Positions 1 to 8,072 of a stretch of 24,000 nucleotides of DNA are shown here, piece by piece. The position numbers and the translations under genes are program-made. Source of the DNA: Niallia tiangongensis. GTDB taxonomy: Bacteria; Bacillota; Bacilli; Bacillales; Cytobacillaceae. The DNA is taken from assembly GCF_044704065.1 (NCBI RefSeq), contig NZ_CP162613.1:4660031-4684030 (forward strand). Direction: 5' to 3'. The notes beneath the pieces are model-generated. The model searched no databases. It saw nothing but the letters and a program-made list of their open reading frames with translations, and had not been told where the DNA came from. The number at the start of each line of letters is the position of its first letter. Positions within the stretch are counted from its first letter, which is position 1.

Positions 1-338
1 AAACCCTGTACAGGATTTACTTTCAGCCCAATATTGGAATCGGAGAACTAGCTACGAAATTATCATTAACCAAAAGCACCGTTAGCGGAATTATCGATCG
101 ACTATCCCAAAGACAATTAATCGAACGAACCATTCCTGAAGACAATCGTCGAGTGGTAAACATCCAATTAACGGCAGAAGGAAACAAGGTAATGGAACAA
201 TATTTCGCTGGAACGTCCATCCTCGCTAACAAAGTGAGAGAAGTTATGGAGCTTTCAGAAGAAGAAATAAACAAAATACTAGAACTAAATGGGAAAATAT
301 TAGCCATTTTAAATGAATTGGAGGAGGAACAGCAATGA
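1..338 (+). CDS. MarR-family transcriptional regulator, C-terminal part (5' end lies upstream of the window)
   Basis: Frame 3 is open from the window edge. Translation ...IGELATKLSLTKSTVSGIIDRLSQRQLIERTIPEDNRRVVNIQLTAEGNKV... is the winged-HTH recognition helix and wing typical of MarR proteins. The stop TGA overlaps the next gene's ATG (ATGA at 335-338), suggesting translational coupling. Confidence 0.8.
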   Translation, partial: TLYRIYFQPNIGIGELATKLSLTKSTVSGIIDRLSQRQLIERTIPEDNRRVVNIQLTAEGNKVMEQYFAGTSILANKVREVMELSEEEINKILELNGKILAILNELEEEQQ

Positions 339-985
339 ATAACAAACGCATGATTTTATTAAATATTATCCTTTTAGTCGTTTTAGTAGGAGGAGGATTT
401 GCCGGTTATTACTTTTACGATCAATCGGTTTCCTATATTAAAACAGATAATGCCCAAATTGCCGGCCAACAAATCAGCATCGCTTCACCAGCTACCGGAA
501 AATTGAAGGAATGGAAAGGCGAAACAGGAACAACTTTTAGCAAAAACCAAAAAATTGGTACTGTAGCAGTTGTAACAGAATCAGGTACAACAGATATGGA
601 TATTACCGTTCCAGAAAATAGCACCATCGTTCAATCAACTGCCGTGCCAAATACCTTTATCGCAGCAGGAACATCCCTTGCAAAAAGCTATGATTTAGAA
701 AACCTTTGGGTTACAGCAAACGTCGACGAAACAGACATCAACAAAGTAAAAGTCGGCCAAGAAGTAGATTTATACGTAGATTCCTATCCAGATACCGTAC
801 TAACAGGTAAAGTAGACAGCCTAGGACTTGCAACAGCAGGCACCTTCTCCCTACTGCCAAGCAACAACAGCTCAGGAAACTACACAAAAGAAACACAAGT
901 CATTCCCGTAACCATCTCCATTGACAATTACGGCGGCCTAAAACTAATTCCAGGTATGAACGTTTCCGTAAGAATTCATAAGTAG
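335..985 (+). CDS. HlyD/EmrA-type efflux adaptor (membrane fusion protein), short Firmicute form
   Basis: 216 aa. N-terminal membrane anchor (MILLNIILLVVLVGGGFAGYYF) followed by the motif YIKTDNAQIAGQQISIASPATGKL (lipoyl-like/beta-barrel adaptor signature). RBS GGAGGAGG lies upstream. The position between MarR and an MFS DHA2 pump is the classic emrRAB-like order. Confidence 0.8.
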   Translation: MNNKRMILLNIILLVVLVGGGFAGYYFYDQSVSYIKTDNAQIAGQQISIASPATGKLKEWKGETGTTFSKNQKIGTVAVVTESGTTDMDITVPENSTIVQSTAVPNTFIAAGTSLAKSYDLENLWVTANVDETDINKVKVGQEVDLYVDSYPDTVLTGKVDSLGLATAGTFSLLPSNNSSGNYTKETQVIPVTISIDNYGGLKLIPGMNVSVRIHK

Positions 986-994
986 GTGATGGAC

Positions 995-2977
995 ATGACC
1001 ACTTACATCACAAGCTATATTATCGGAAGCATACTCCTGCTACTCATCATCAATCTTTTTTTACGAAAAAAGAAAACAGTGGCGAAACAAGAAAACGTCC
1101 TAGATGATGCCAAGCGGAATAATGACATTCAGCCATCCCTTGGAAAATCGGATCTAGCTGAACCTGTAGAAGCGTCTAAGGAAGCGGATAAGTCGAAAGC
1201 TCCTTTTGAAAAAGTGGAGGCTATGGAAGAAAAGAATCTAGCTGAAATGCCGGAAGCTAATAAACCGAATGCCACTTTTGAACAGGTAGAGGCTATGGGA
1301 GAAGAGGATCTAGCTGAAATGCCGGAAACCACTAAAGCGAAGTCTCCTTTTGAAAAGGTGGAGGCTATGGAAGAAAAGGACGCATCCGAAGAGGCAGAAC
1401 GTTCTGCGGAATCCAATAAACCGAAAGCTCCTTATAAACCATTGGAAACTGCCGAAGAAATCAACCGCGGCAAAGTAATCGTCGCCCTTATGCTCGGCGC
1501 ATTTGTCGCAATTCTTAATCAGACTTTACTAAATGTGGCCATTCCACATATTATGAATGATTTAAATGTATCGACAAGCACTGTCCAATGGCTATCCACT
1601 GGATATATGCTGACAAATGGAGTGTTTATCCCAATCACCCCATTTTTGATTAATAAACTAGGAACAAGGAAATTGCTTATTGCAGCGATTTCTGCTTTTA
1701 CCATCGGTTCGATTGTGTGCGCCACCTCTGTTGGATTTTCGATGCTCTTAATTGGACGCATCATTCAAGCAGCAGGAGCAGGTTTATTAATGCCACTTTT
1801 GATGACCGTCTTTTTAATTATTTTCCCACCAGAAAAACGCGGAACAGCGATGGGGATTATGGGTGTTGTGATGATTTTCGCTCCTGCCATCGGTCCAACT
1901 TTATCAGGCTGGTTAATAGGTCATTATTCTTGGAGAGTATTATTCGAGCTTGTTATTCCAATTGGCATCCTCGATTTAATTATCGCCCTTGCATGGATGA
2001 AGGATGTAACAAAAGTTTCGAATCCAGTCTTTGATACGATTGGCTTTATCACTTGTACCGTCGGCCTAGGGTCCTTGCTTTACGGATTCAGTGAAGCAGG
2101 AAATAATGGCTGGGACAGCAGCGTTGTTGTTCTTTCTCTAATTATTGGCGTTATATTCTTATGCCTATTCGTCTGGAGAGAACTTACAACCGAAGCGCCT
2201 ATGGTTGACTTGCGTGTATTCAAATATAGTATCTTTACCTTAACAACCTTAATAAGCATGATTGTCAATATGGCCATGTTCGCAGCAATGCTGCTTCTAC
2301 CTATTTACTTACAAAATATCCGTGGCTTCACGGCACTGGATTCTGGATTATTAATGTTGCCAGGTGCAATCATCATGGGAATCATGTCCCCGATTGCTGG
2401 AAAGCTATTTGACCGATTTGGCGCAAGACCACTCGCGATCATCGGCCTAATTATCACGGTACTCACTACATGGGGATTCACGCAATTAACGATGCAAACA
2501 TCCTATTCCCATTTAATGATGCTCTATATTTTCCGGATGTTTGGTATGTCCTTTATTATGATGACGGTTATGACAGAAGGTATGAATCAGTTACCATTAA
2601 GCTTAACAAGCCACGGTACCGCCGTATCCAACACAACAAGAACCGTTGCCGGAAGTATCGGTACTGCCTTCTTGATCACAGTCATGACAAATCGTACAGC
2701 ATTTCATTTAGATAACTATAACAACATTATCTCTTCTGCAAATCCGTATATTGCAGAGAAGTTTGCTCAGCTTGGTCAAGGTTTAGCAGGGCTTACCGGA
2801 TTACCAACAGGGGCTGGCCAAACCCTAGCTATTTCCACTATTTATGGAAAAGCAGCACAAGCATCTACGATTAGCGGCATTAACGATGCATTTATCGTGG
2901 CAACGATTATTGCTAGTGTTGCGTTGGTTCTTTCTCTGTTTATCCGTAGAGCCACAACCAGTTCTAAAGATAGTTAA
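995..2977 (+). CDS. MFS drug:H+ antiporter, DHA2 (EmrB/QacA, 14-TMS) family, with an unusual N-terminal extension of about 155 aa
   Basis: The core starting at ...GKVIVALMLGAFVAILNQTLLNVAIPHIMNDLNVSTSTVQWLSTGYMLTNGVFIPI... is the typical DHA2 TM1-TM2 region, followed by many hydrophobic segments. The ORF track starts at GTG 986. I prefer ATG 995 because AGGTGA (984-989) sits 5 nt upstream of it. ATG 989 is also possible. Confidence 0.85.
   Translation: MTTYITSYIIGSILLLLIINLFLRKKKTVAKQENVLDDAKRNNDIQPSLGKSDLAEPVEASKEADKSKAPFEKVEAMEEKNLAEMPEANKPNATFEQVEAMGEEDLAEMPETTKAKSPFEKVEAMEEKDASEEAERSAESNKPKAPYKPLETAEEINRGKVIVALMLGAFVAILNQTLLNVAIPHIMNDLNVSTSTVQWLSTGYMLTNGVFIPITPFLINKLGTRKLLIAAISAFTIGSIVCATSVGFSMLLIGRIIQAAGAGLLMPLLMTVFLIIFPPEKRGTAMGIMGVVMIFAPAIGPTLSGWLIGHYSWRVLFELVIPIGILDLIIALAWMKDVTKVSNPVFDTIGFITCTVGLGSLLYGFSEAGNNGWDSSVVVLSLIIGVIFLCLFVWRELTTEAPMVDLRVFKYSIFTLTTLISMIVNMAMFAAMLLLPIYLQNIRGFTALDSGLLMLPGAIIMGIMSPIAGKLFDRFGARPLAIIGLIITVLTTWGFTQLTMQTSYSHLMMLYIFRMFGMSFIMMTVMTEGMNQLPLSLTSHGTAVSNTTRTVAGSIGTAFLITVMTNRTAFHLDNYNNIISSANPYIAEKFAQLGQGLAGLTGLPTGAGQTLAISTIYGKAAQASTISGINDAFIVATIIASVALVLSLFIRRATTSSKDS
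1151..1378 (+). repeat. In-frame tandem repeat inside the MFS N-terminal extension (84 + 72 + 72 bp, i.e. 28/24/24 aa acidic units)
   Basis: Units start at 1151, 1235 and 1307 (gatctagctgaa / aatctagctgaa / gatctagctgaa). They translate to DLAEPVEASKEADKSKAPFEKVEAMEEK, NLAEMPEANKPNATFEQVEAMGEE and DLAEMPETTKAKSPFEKVEAMEEK. A degenerate fourth copy follows (..KPKAPYKPLETAEE). Confidence 0.85.
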
Positions 2978-2995
2978 TAAAGGCAGTATTTCCAT

Positions 2996-3028
2996 CCCAG
3001 AGCATAGTAGTTGCTCTGGGATTTTTTT
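2996..3028 (+). terminator. Rho-independent terminator of the MarR-HlyD-MFS operon
   Basis: cccagagca-tagtagt-tgctctggg (perfect 9-bp stem) followed by atttttttgg, 19 nt after the MFS stop codon. Confidence 0.85.
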
Positions 3029-3075
3029 GGTGGGGATGGGGGATGTGGAATGGGGGGTTCATTGCTTTGATGAAC

Positions 3076-3900
3076 ATCTCTTTTTCTTGCTTTCGGGCAC
3101 AGAGACGGCTCCTCTGTTACCTTTTCCTCTTCTTTTTCTTGCTTTCGGGCACAGAGACGGCTTCTCTGTTACCTTCTCCTCTTCTTTTTCTTGCTTTCGG
3201 GCACAGAGACGGCTTCTCTGTTACCTTTTCCTCTTCTTTTTCTTGCTTTCGGGCACAGAGACGGCTTCTCTGTTACCTTCTCCTCTTCTTTTCCTTGCTC
3301 TCGGGCACAGAGACGGCTTCTCTGTTACCTTCTCCTCTTCTTTTCCTTGCTCTCGGGCACAGAGACGGCTTCTCTGTTACCTTCTCCTCTTCTTTTTCTG
3401 CTCTCGGGCACAGAGACGGCTCCTCTGTTACCTTCTCCTCTTCTTTTCCTTGCTCTCGGGCACAGAGACGGCTCCTCTGTTACCTTCTCCTCTTCTTTTT
3501 CTTGCTCTCGGGCACAGAGACGGCTCCTCTGTTACCTTCTCCTCTTCTTTTTCTTGCTTTCGGGCACAGAGACGGCTTCTCTGTTACCTTCTCCTCTTCT
3601 TTTCCTTGCTTTCGGGCACAGAGACGGCTTCTCTGTTACCTTCTCCTCTTCTTTTCCTTGCTCTCGGGCACAGAGACGGCTTCTCTGTTACCTTCTCCTC
3701 TTCTTTTTCTTGCTTTCGGGCACAGAGACGGCTTCTCTGTTACCTTTTCCTCTTCTTTTCCTTGCTCTCGGGCACAGAGACGGCTCCTCTGTTACCTTCT
3801 CCTCTTCTTTTTCTTGCTCTCGGGCACAGAGACGGCTTCTCTGTTACCTTCTCCTCTTCTTTTCCTTGCTCTCGGGCACAGAGACGGCTTCTCTGTTACC
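3076..3900. repeat. Tandem array: 16 copies of a 52-bp unit, each with an internal inverted repeat and a homopyrimidine tract of 21 nt or more
   Basis: The anchor 'gggcacagagacgg' recurs at 3095, 3147, 3199, 3251, 3303, 3355, 3406, 3458, 3510, 3562, 3614, 3666, 3718, 3770, 3822 and 3874. The spacing is 52 bp, with one 51-bp interval. Unit: cttgctYtcgggcacagagacggctYctctgttaccttYtcctcttcttttY. There are no unique spacers. Confidence 0.95.
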
Positions 3901-4003
3901 CTCAAACCGGCTTTTTAGACTCTTCTTCCATCAAAACCCCATCTTTCAAATTCATCTAATAACTTCAGCAGTTCTCCCCCATACTCTTTCACACTTCCCC
4001 CCA

Positions 4004-4040
4004 CAAAAAAAGAAACACTCCCCAAAAGAAATGTTTCTCT
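4004..4040 (-). terminator. Probable Rho-independent terminator of the oxidoreductase gene
   Basis: On the - strand: AGAAACA (4038-4032) ... TGTTTCT (4017-4011) followed by TTTTTTT (4010-4004). The stem is 7-9 bp and the loop is long (14 nt), so confidence is moderate. Confidence 0.5.
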
Positions 4041-4050
4041 CCCAGTTTTA

Positions 4051-5028
4051 TTATTGATAATACCCTTTTATCAGCTGGTCCATTACCCAATTTGTTCTTG
4101 CTCCACTTTCACCTGTGCTAGGGCTAGTTCCTTTTCCAGTTAACTCATCTACCATCAATTGAATCAGATGCTGTTGGATGTGGCGGGGATTTTCGATGAC
4201 CCACTCTTCCGTTGCCCCCACAGTTGTTAAGGTTATTGGGCCGTTTCCAAAGGTTGCGAAGGTAAGTTTGCCTTTGCTTCCGACGATTTCGTTTTCGTCG
4301 ATATGGTCGTGGGCGCTGAAACACCAAGTGCCTGTCCCATGAATGCCTGACTCAAATAGGTAGGTGCCGGTTACGATATCTTCTGCTTGGTAGCTCCCAT
4401 TTTGATTCGATGCGAACCCTTTTGCTTCTTTAATTGGTCCAAACAAGAAATCAAGAATATCCAATGTATGACTAGCTAGATCAAGGAAAAGTCCACCGCC
4501 AGCGAGCTCGGGCTGCACTCTCCATGCTTGATCGTCATTTAGCGGAGGCTGATATTGAATCGTCCGCACAAATCGAATATCACCTAATACGCCGCTGTCG
4601 ATGATCTCTTTTATTTTCAAAAAACGAGGAAGTGCTCGTCGATAATAGGCTACAAATAAAGGGACTTCTGCTTGTTTACATACTTCAATCATCTCAAGGC
4701 ATTCCTGATAATTTCTTGCCATCGGTTTTTCCACATACACCGGTTTGCCTGCTTTAGCCGCAAGAATGGTGTATTCCTTATGAAAACCTGGAGGGGTAGC
4801 GATATAAACAGCGTCAACTTCTGGATCATTAATCAGAGCTACGGCATCGTCATACCATTTTGGAACGTTATGGCGCTTGGCATAATCCTTGGCTAATTCG
4901 CCATTTCTTCTCATTACCGCCACTAGCTTCGAATTTTCCGCTCGTTGAAAGCCTGGTCCGCTCTTGACCTCTGTTACATCTCCACAGCCAATAATTCCCC
5001 ATCGAACTTCCTTTTCAAATAATTTCAT
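4051..5028 (-). CDS. Gfo/Idh/MocA-family NAD(P)-dependent oxidoreductase
   Basis: N-terminal Rossmann motif VRWGIIGCGDVTEVKSGPGF, then EKPMA (the family's conserved EKP motif). The ORF track starts at GTG 5040, but that GTG is part of the SD GAGGTGA. ATG 5028 lies 8 nt downstream of that SD and is the likelier start. Confidence 0.85.
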   Translation of the reverse strand: MKLFEKEVRWGIIGCGDVTEVKSGPGFQRAENSKLVAVMRRNGELAKDYAKRHNVPKWYDDAVALINDPEVDAVYIATPPGFHKEYTILAAKAGKPVYVEKPMARNYQECLEMIEVCKQAEVPLFVAYYRRALPRFLKIKEIIDSGVLGDIRFVRTIQYQPPLNDDQAWRVQPELAGGGLFLDLASHTLDILDFLFGPIKEAKGFASNQNGSYQAEDIVTGTYLFESGIHGTGTWCFSAHDHIDENEIVGSKGKLTFATFGNGPITLTTVGATEEWVIENPRHIQQHLIQLMVDELTGKGTSPSTGESGARTNWVMDQLIKGYYQ

Positions 5029-5106
5029 CTTTGTATTCACCTCGCTTATTCATTCGCTCTTCCCTCTTGAAAACCCTTTATTATTAATAAAATTTGTCTA
5101 GTCAAA

Positions 5107-6015
5107 TCAGATTTTTATCACTTGTCCTGCATAGATAAGATTAATATTCTTAATCTGCGGATTCTTTGCTTGGATTGCGTGAATGGTGGTACTATAGGTT
5201 TTCGCAATTTTCGTTAAGGTTTCGCCACTTGATACAATATGTATCGTTTCTTGGTGGGGATTAATCCAAGATCCAGGTTTTCCTTCCGCTTTCGTGACAT
5301 TTATCATTCCTTGGGATGTATTAAAAATAGAATAGGCTCCCGGCTTGACGGTTCCCTTTTGATTTTTGCCAGCTTTGGCATCTGCTGCTGTCATAAAAGC
5401 GCCTGTTTCCTGCTGAACGGTATACTCACTGATCTTTGCAGTTTCCGCGCCCCAATGTCCTGGACTTTGCATAATCCGATTGCGATCGATATTGACGCCT
5501 TCAATGATAATATTATTTTCGTGCTGATACATATGAATAAATGGGGCAACCTCTCCCCGGGACCATGCATAGGTTTGCCAAAAATAATCGGCATCGTTCT
5601 TCATCGCATACATCACTGCATAAGATCCATAGATCCCTACCTTGTAGGACGTCAGCTGCTTTTTCACGGCTAAAAAATAGGTTTGGATAATCGACATTTG
5701 CTTACCTGTCATATCACAATCGACGGCAAAATAGATTGCTGTTCCTTCTGGTTGGCCGACTGCTTTCGCCCATTTTTCTGCGTCTATTCCATCTGCTATT
5801 CCTTGCTTTTCAGTAAAATAAGAAAGTTTATTGGCGCTTTTTTGAAAAATACTAATTAGCTTGATCCCAGTTTTTTGGATGATCTCCGCCTCTTTTTTAT
5901 CAAATGACTTCCAGCTATCACCTAAATATCGCGCCGCATATTCAAAGCCTGCCCTCTTTAAATCCCTCGCCATTTTCTCTGTTAATTTCGTCGCACAATC
6001 AAATCCTAGTGTCAT
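5107..6015 (-). CDS. DUF1906 (Rv2525c-like glycoside-hydrolase-like) domain protein with C-terminal LysM domain; putative peptidoglycan hydrolase or binding protein
   Basis: The N-terminal ~185 aa (GFDCATKLT...AGFEYAARYLG...IKLISIFQ...AIYFAVDCD...VGIYGSY...WQTYAWS) fits the DUF1906 pattern. The C-terminal HIVSSGETLTKIAKTYSTTIHAIQAKNPQIKNINLIYAGQVIKI is a LysM motif. RBS AAGGAG lies 8 nt upstream. No signal peptide is visible. Confidence 0.75.
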   Translation of the reverse strand: MTLGFDCATKLTEKMARDLKRAGFEYAARYLGDSWKSFDKKEAEIIQKTGIKLISIFQKSANKLSYFTEKQGIADGIDAEKWAKAVGQPEGTAIYFAVDCDMTGKQMSIIQTYFLAVKKQLTSYKVGIYGSYAVMYAMKNDADYFWQTYAWSRGEVAPFIHMYQHENNIIIEGVNIDRNRIMQSPGHWGAETAKISEYTVQQETGAFMTAADAKAGKNQKGTVKPGAYSIFNTSQGMINVTKAEGKPGSWINPHQETIHIVSSGETLTKIAKTYSTTIHAIQAKNPQIKNINLIYAGQVIKI

Positions 6016-6185
6016 ATCAACAACTCCTTTTTTCTTTCATATAGAAAAAAAGCTAGCAATGGGACAGGAAAGGAGCTAACTTTTTCCTATTTTATATAAA
6101 AGATATTCCGTATTGCTATTCCATATAAGCAATTGAATAAGAATTACCCATTCTTATCAAACTAAAGAAAAAAAGGGTGATTTTT

Positions 6186-6362
6186 ATGACCAACTTGTTG
6201 AACATGTTGCTGACAAACTTATTTTCTTCCTATTTACTCCATCGTAATTTGCATTGGCACCGTAAGCTTGTCGTGCTCGCTATTCCTTTATTTATGCTTT
6301 TCATGATTGTGCAGGCTGAGTACATCGTTGCCCGTTTGAAAAAGAATACCCTTCATTTATAA
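6186..6362 (+). CDS. Hypothetical small membrane protein (58 aa, two hydrophobic segments)
   Basis: ATG 6186 is preceded by AAAGGGTGA. The ORF ends just before a strong bidirectional terminator. I recognise no family, so it could be non-coding. Confidence 0.35.
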   Translation: MTNLLNMLLTNLFSSYLLHRNLHWHRKLVVLAIPLFMLFMIVQAEYIVARLKKNTLHL

Positions 6363-6371
6363 ATCATTTTA

Positions 6372-6415
6372 CAAAAAACACCACAACCATGGAAAAGTTG
6401 TAGTGTTTTCTTTTG
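6372..6415. terminator. Bidirectional Rho-independent terminator (small ORF on +, aldo/keto reductase on -)
   Basis: acaccacaac (6378-6387) pairs with gttgtagtgt (6397-6406), with one mismatch. It is flanked by an A-run (6373-6378) and tttctttt (6407-6414), so a U-tract follows the hairpin on either strand. Confidence 0.8.
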
Positions 6416-6419
6416 CTTC

Positions 6420-7409
6420 TTATCCCTTTAATACACGATCAATTGCGGCAAGCTCTTCTTCGCTGAAGTGAATGTTGTCTAACGCTTTGACATTATCTTC
6501 AATTTGACTAACTTTACTTGCACCGATAAGAACACTTGTCACGATACCATCGCGAAGGATCCAAGCAACAGCCATTTCCGCAAGTGTCTGCCCGCGGTCC
6601 TTTGCAATATTGTTTAGTGCTTTTACTTTTTCAATCGTCTGCTCCACATTCTCTTTATGTAGCCAACGTCCTGTTTCTCGATTTGCCCGTGAATCCTCTG
6701 GAATGCCGTTCAAATAGCGATCTGTCAATAGACCTTGTGCAAGTGGACTAAACGCAATTGCTCCAAGCTGCTTTTCAACTAGTACATCCTTCAAGCCATC
6801 TTCAATCCCGCGATTAAACATGCTGTAGGATGGTTGGTGAATAATAAATGGCGTTTTTTTCGCTTCAAAAATTTCTGCCATTTCTCTTGTTTGCTCTGGG
6901 GTATAGTTAGAAACCCCAACATACAGCGCCTTTCCTTGACGTACTAATAAATCCAAAGCCTCTGCTGTTTCCTCTAATGGCGTTTCTGTATCTGGACGAT
7001 GGTGGTAATAAATATCTACATAATCAAGCCCCATACGCTTTAAGCTTTGGTCAAGACTGGATACTAAATACTTTTTCGAACCTCCATCCCCATAAGGACC
7101 TTTCCACATTGGATAACCAGCTTTTGTTGAAATGATGAGTTCATCCCGATAAGGCTTCATATCCTTTTCCAAGATTTTCGCAAAATTCTCCTCCGCACTA
7201 CCAGCTGGGGGACCATAGTTATTCGCCAAATCAAAATGAGTAATCCCTAAGTCAAAAGCTCTTCTCACTAAGGCACGCATATTTTCAAAGAAATCCACCT
7301 CCCCGAAATTATGCCAAAGCCCTAAAGATAGCGCCGATAATTTCAAGCCACTTTTTCCAACACGATTGTACATCATCTTTTCATATCTATTTTCATCTGC
7401 AATATACAT
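6420..7409 (-). CDS. Aldo/keto reductase, YghZ/Gpr-like (L-glyceraldehyde-3-phosphate reductase type)
   Basis: From memory, it matches E. coli YghZ along the whole length (ERYEKMMYNRVGKSGLKLSALSLGLWHNFG..., FDLGITHFDLANNYGPPAGSAEENF, LIISTKAGY, HQPSYSMFNR, VLIGASK). The ORF track starts at 7448. ATG 7409 is preceded by GAGGGA at a suitable distance and matches the homologue's N-terminus, so it is preferred. Confidence 0.85.
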   Translation of the reverse strand: MYIADENRYEKMMYNRVGKSGLKLSALSLGLWHNFGEVDFFENMRALVRRAFDLGITHFDLANNYGPPAGSAEENFAKILEKDMKPYRDELIISTKAGYPMWKGPYGDGGSKKYLVSSLDQSLKRMGLDYVDIYYHHRPDTETPLEETAEALDLLVRQGKALYVGVSNYTPEQTREMAEIFEAKKTPFIIHQPSYSMFNRGIEDGLKDVLVEKQLGAIAFSPLAQGLLTDRYLNGIPEDSRANRETGRWLHKENVEQTIEKVKALNNIAKDRGQTLAEMAVAWILRDGIVTSVLIGASKVSQIEDNVKALDNIHFSEEELAAIDRVLKG

Positions 7410-7544
7410 GGTTTCCCTCTTTTCTCCTTTTTTATCGTTTACTAACATTATTTATGTACTTCTTTCTTGGTGTATGGGATGAACGATTTGCGAGACTTTA
7501 TGGTGATTCTTATGTTGATAAGCTCTTTTTTTGTGTGCGAATGC

Positions 7545-8072
7545 ACGTTTACTTGGGAGTCAGTGGCTTTTATTTGCGGCTTTGCCTTTTTACTTGTGGG
7601 TTAGCCTCTTTTATTTGCGGCTTTCACACTTTTTCTTGCAACTTTGCATCTTTTATTTGCGACTTGCCTTCTTTTTCTTGCGGCTTCATCACTTTCACTT
7701 GCGGCTTTGCCTCTTATACTTGCACCTTCACCTCTTTTTCTTGCGGATTTACCTTTTATTTACAGCTTAGCCTCTTTTTTTTTGCGGCTTTCACACTTTT
7801 TCTTGCGACTTTGCCTCTTTTATTTGCAGCTTCACCACTTTTTCTTGCGGCTTGCCTTCTTTTACTTGCAGCTTCACCACTTTTTCTTGCGGCTTTACCT
7901 CTTTCACTTGCAGCTTCACCACTCTTACTTGTGGATTTACCTTTTATTTACAGCTTAGCCTCTTTCACTTGCAACTTCACCACTTTTTCTTGCGGCTTCA
8001 CCACTCTTACTTGCAACTCTAACAATTTTACTTACGACTCTCCCAATTACTTGCAAATCCAACTCGCCTTTA
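7545..8072. repeat. Tandem array: about 25 copies of a 21-bp unit (consensus about wCTTGCrrCTTyaCCwCTTTT)
   Basis: TTGC/TTGT/TTAC anchors occur at 7574, 7594, 7615, 7636, 7657, 7678, 7699, 7720, 7741, 7760, 7782, 7803, 7824, 7845, 7866, 7887, 7908, 7929, 7948, 7969, 7990, 8011, 8032 and 8051. Spacing is mostly exactly 21 bp. The last unit abuts the ROK stop codon at 8070-8072. Confidence 0.95.

Noticed and set aside
1129-1416. Antisense or shadow ORFs inside real genes (e.g. 1129-1416 -, 5239-5673 +, 9397-9822 +, 12734-13021 +, 17425-17691 +, 20501-20851 +, 22793-22990 +)
   Set aside because: Each lies entirely within a well-supported gene on the opposite strand or in another frame. None has an RBS, and all have unremarkable or low-complexity translations. 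They are typical shadow ORFs.
2844-4057. Three overlapping + strand ORFs of 371, 291 and 288 aa with 52-aa repeats (LLSGTETA.LLP.PLLFLA.GHRDG.SVTFSSSF...)
   Set aside because: They are the three reading frames of the same 52-bp tandem array. Because 52 is not a multiple of 3, each frame cycles through all phases. The first ORF overlaps the MFS 3' end out of frame and reads straight through a strong terminator hairpin. None has an RBS. The composition is low-complexity. I treat them as artefacts of a stop-free repeat unit.
7545-8072. Array 2 - strand RNA as a sponge of Shine-Dalgarno-like or CsrA-like motifs (7 x AAGAGG)
   Set aside because: The purine motif is present in only about a quarter of the units and is nearly absent from the homologous array 3 (one copy). 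It is therefore not a conserved property of the repeat family. I mention it only as a side remark.
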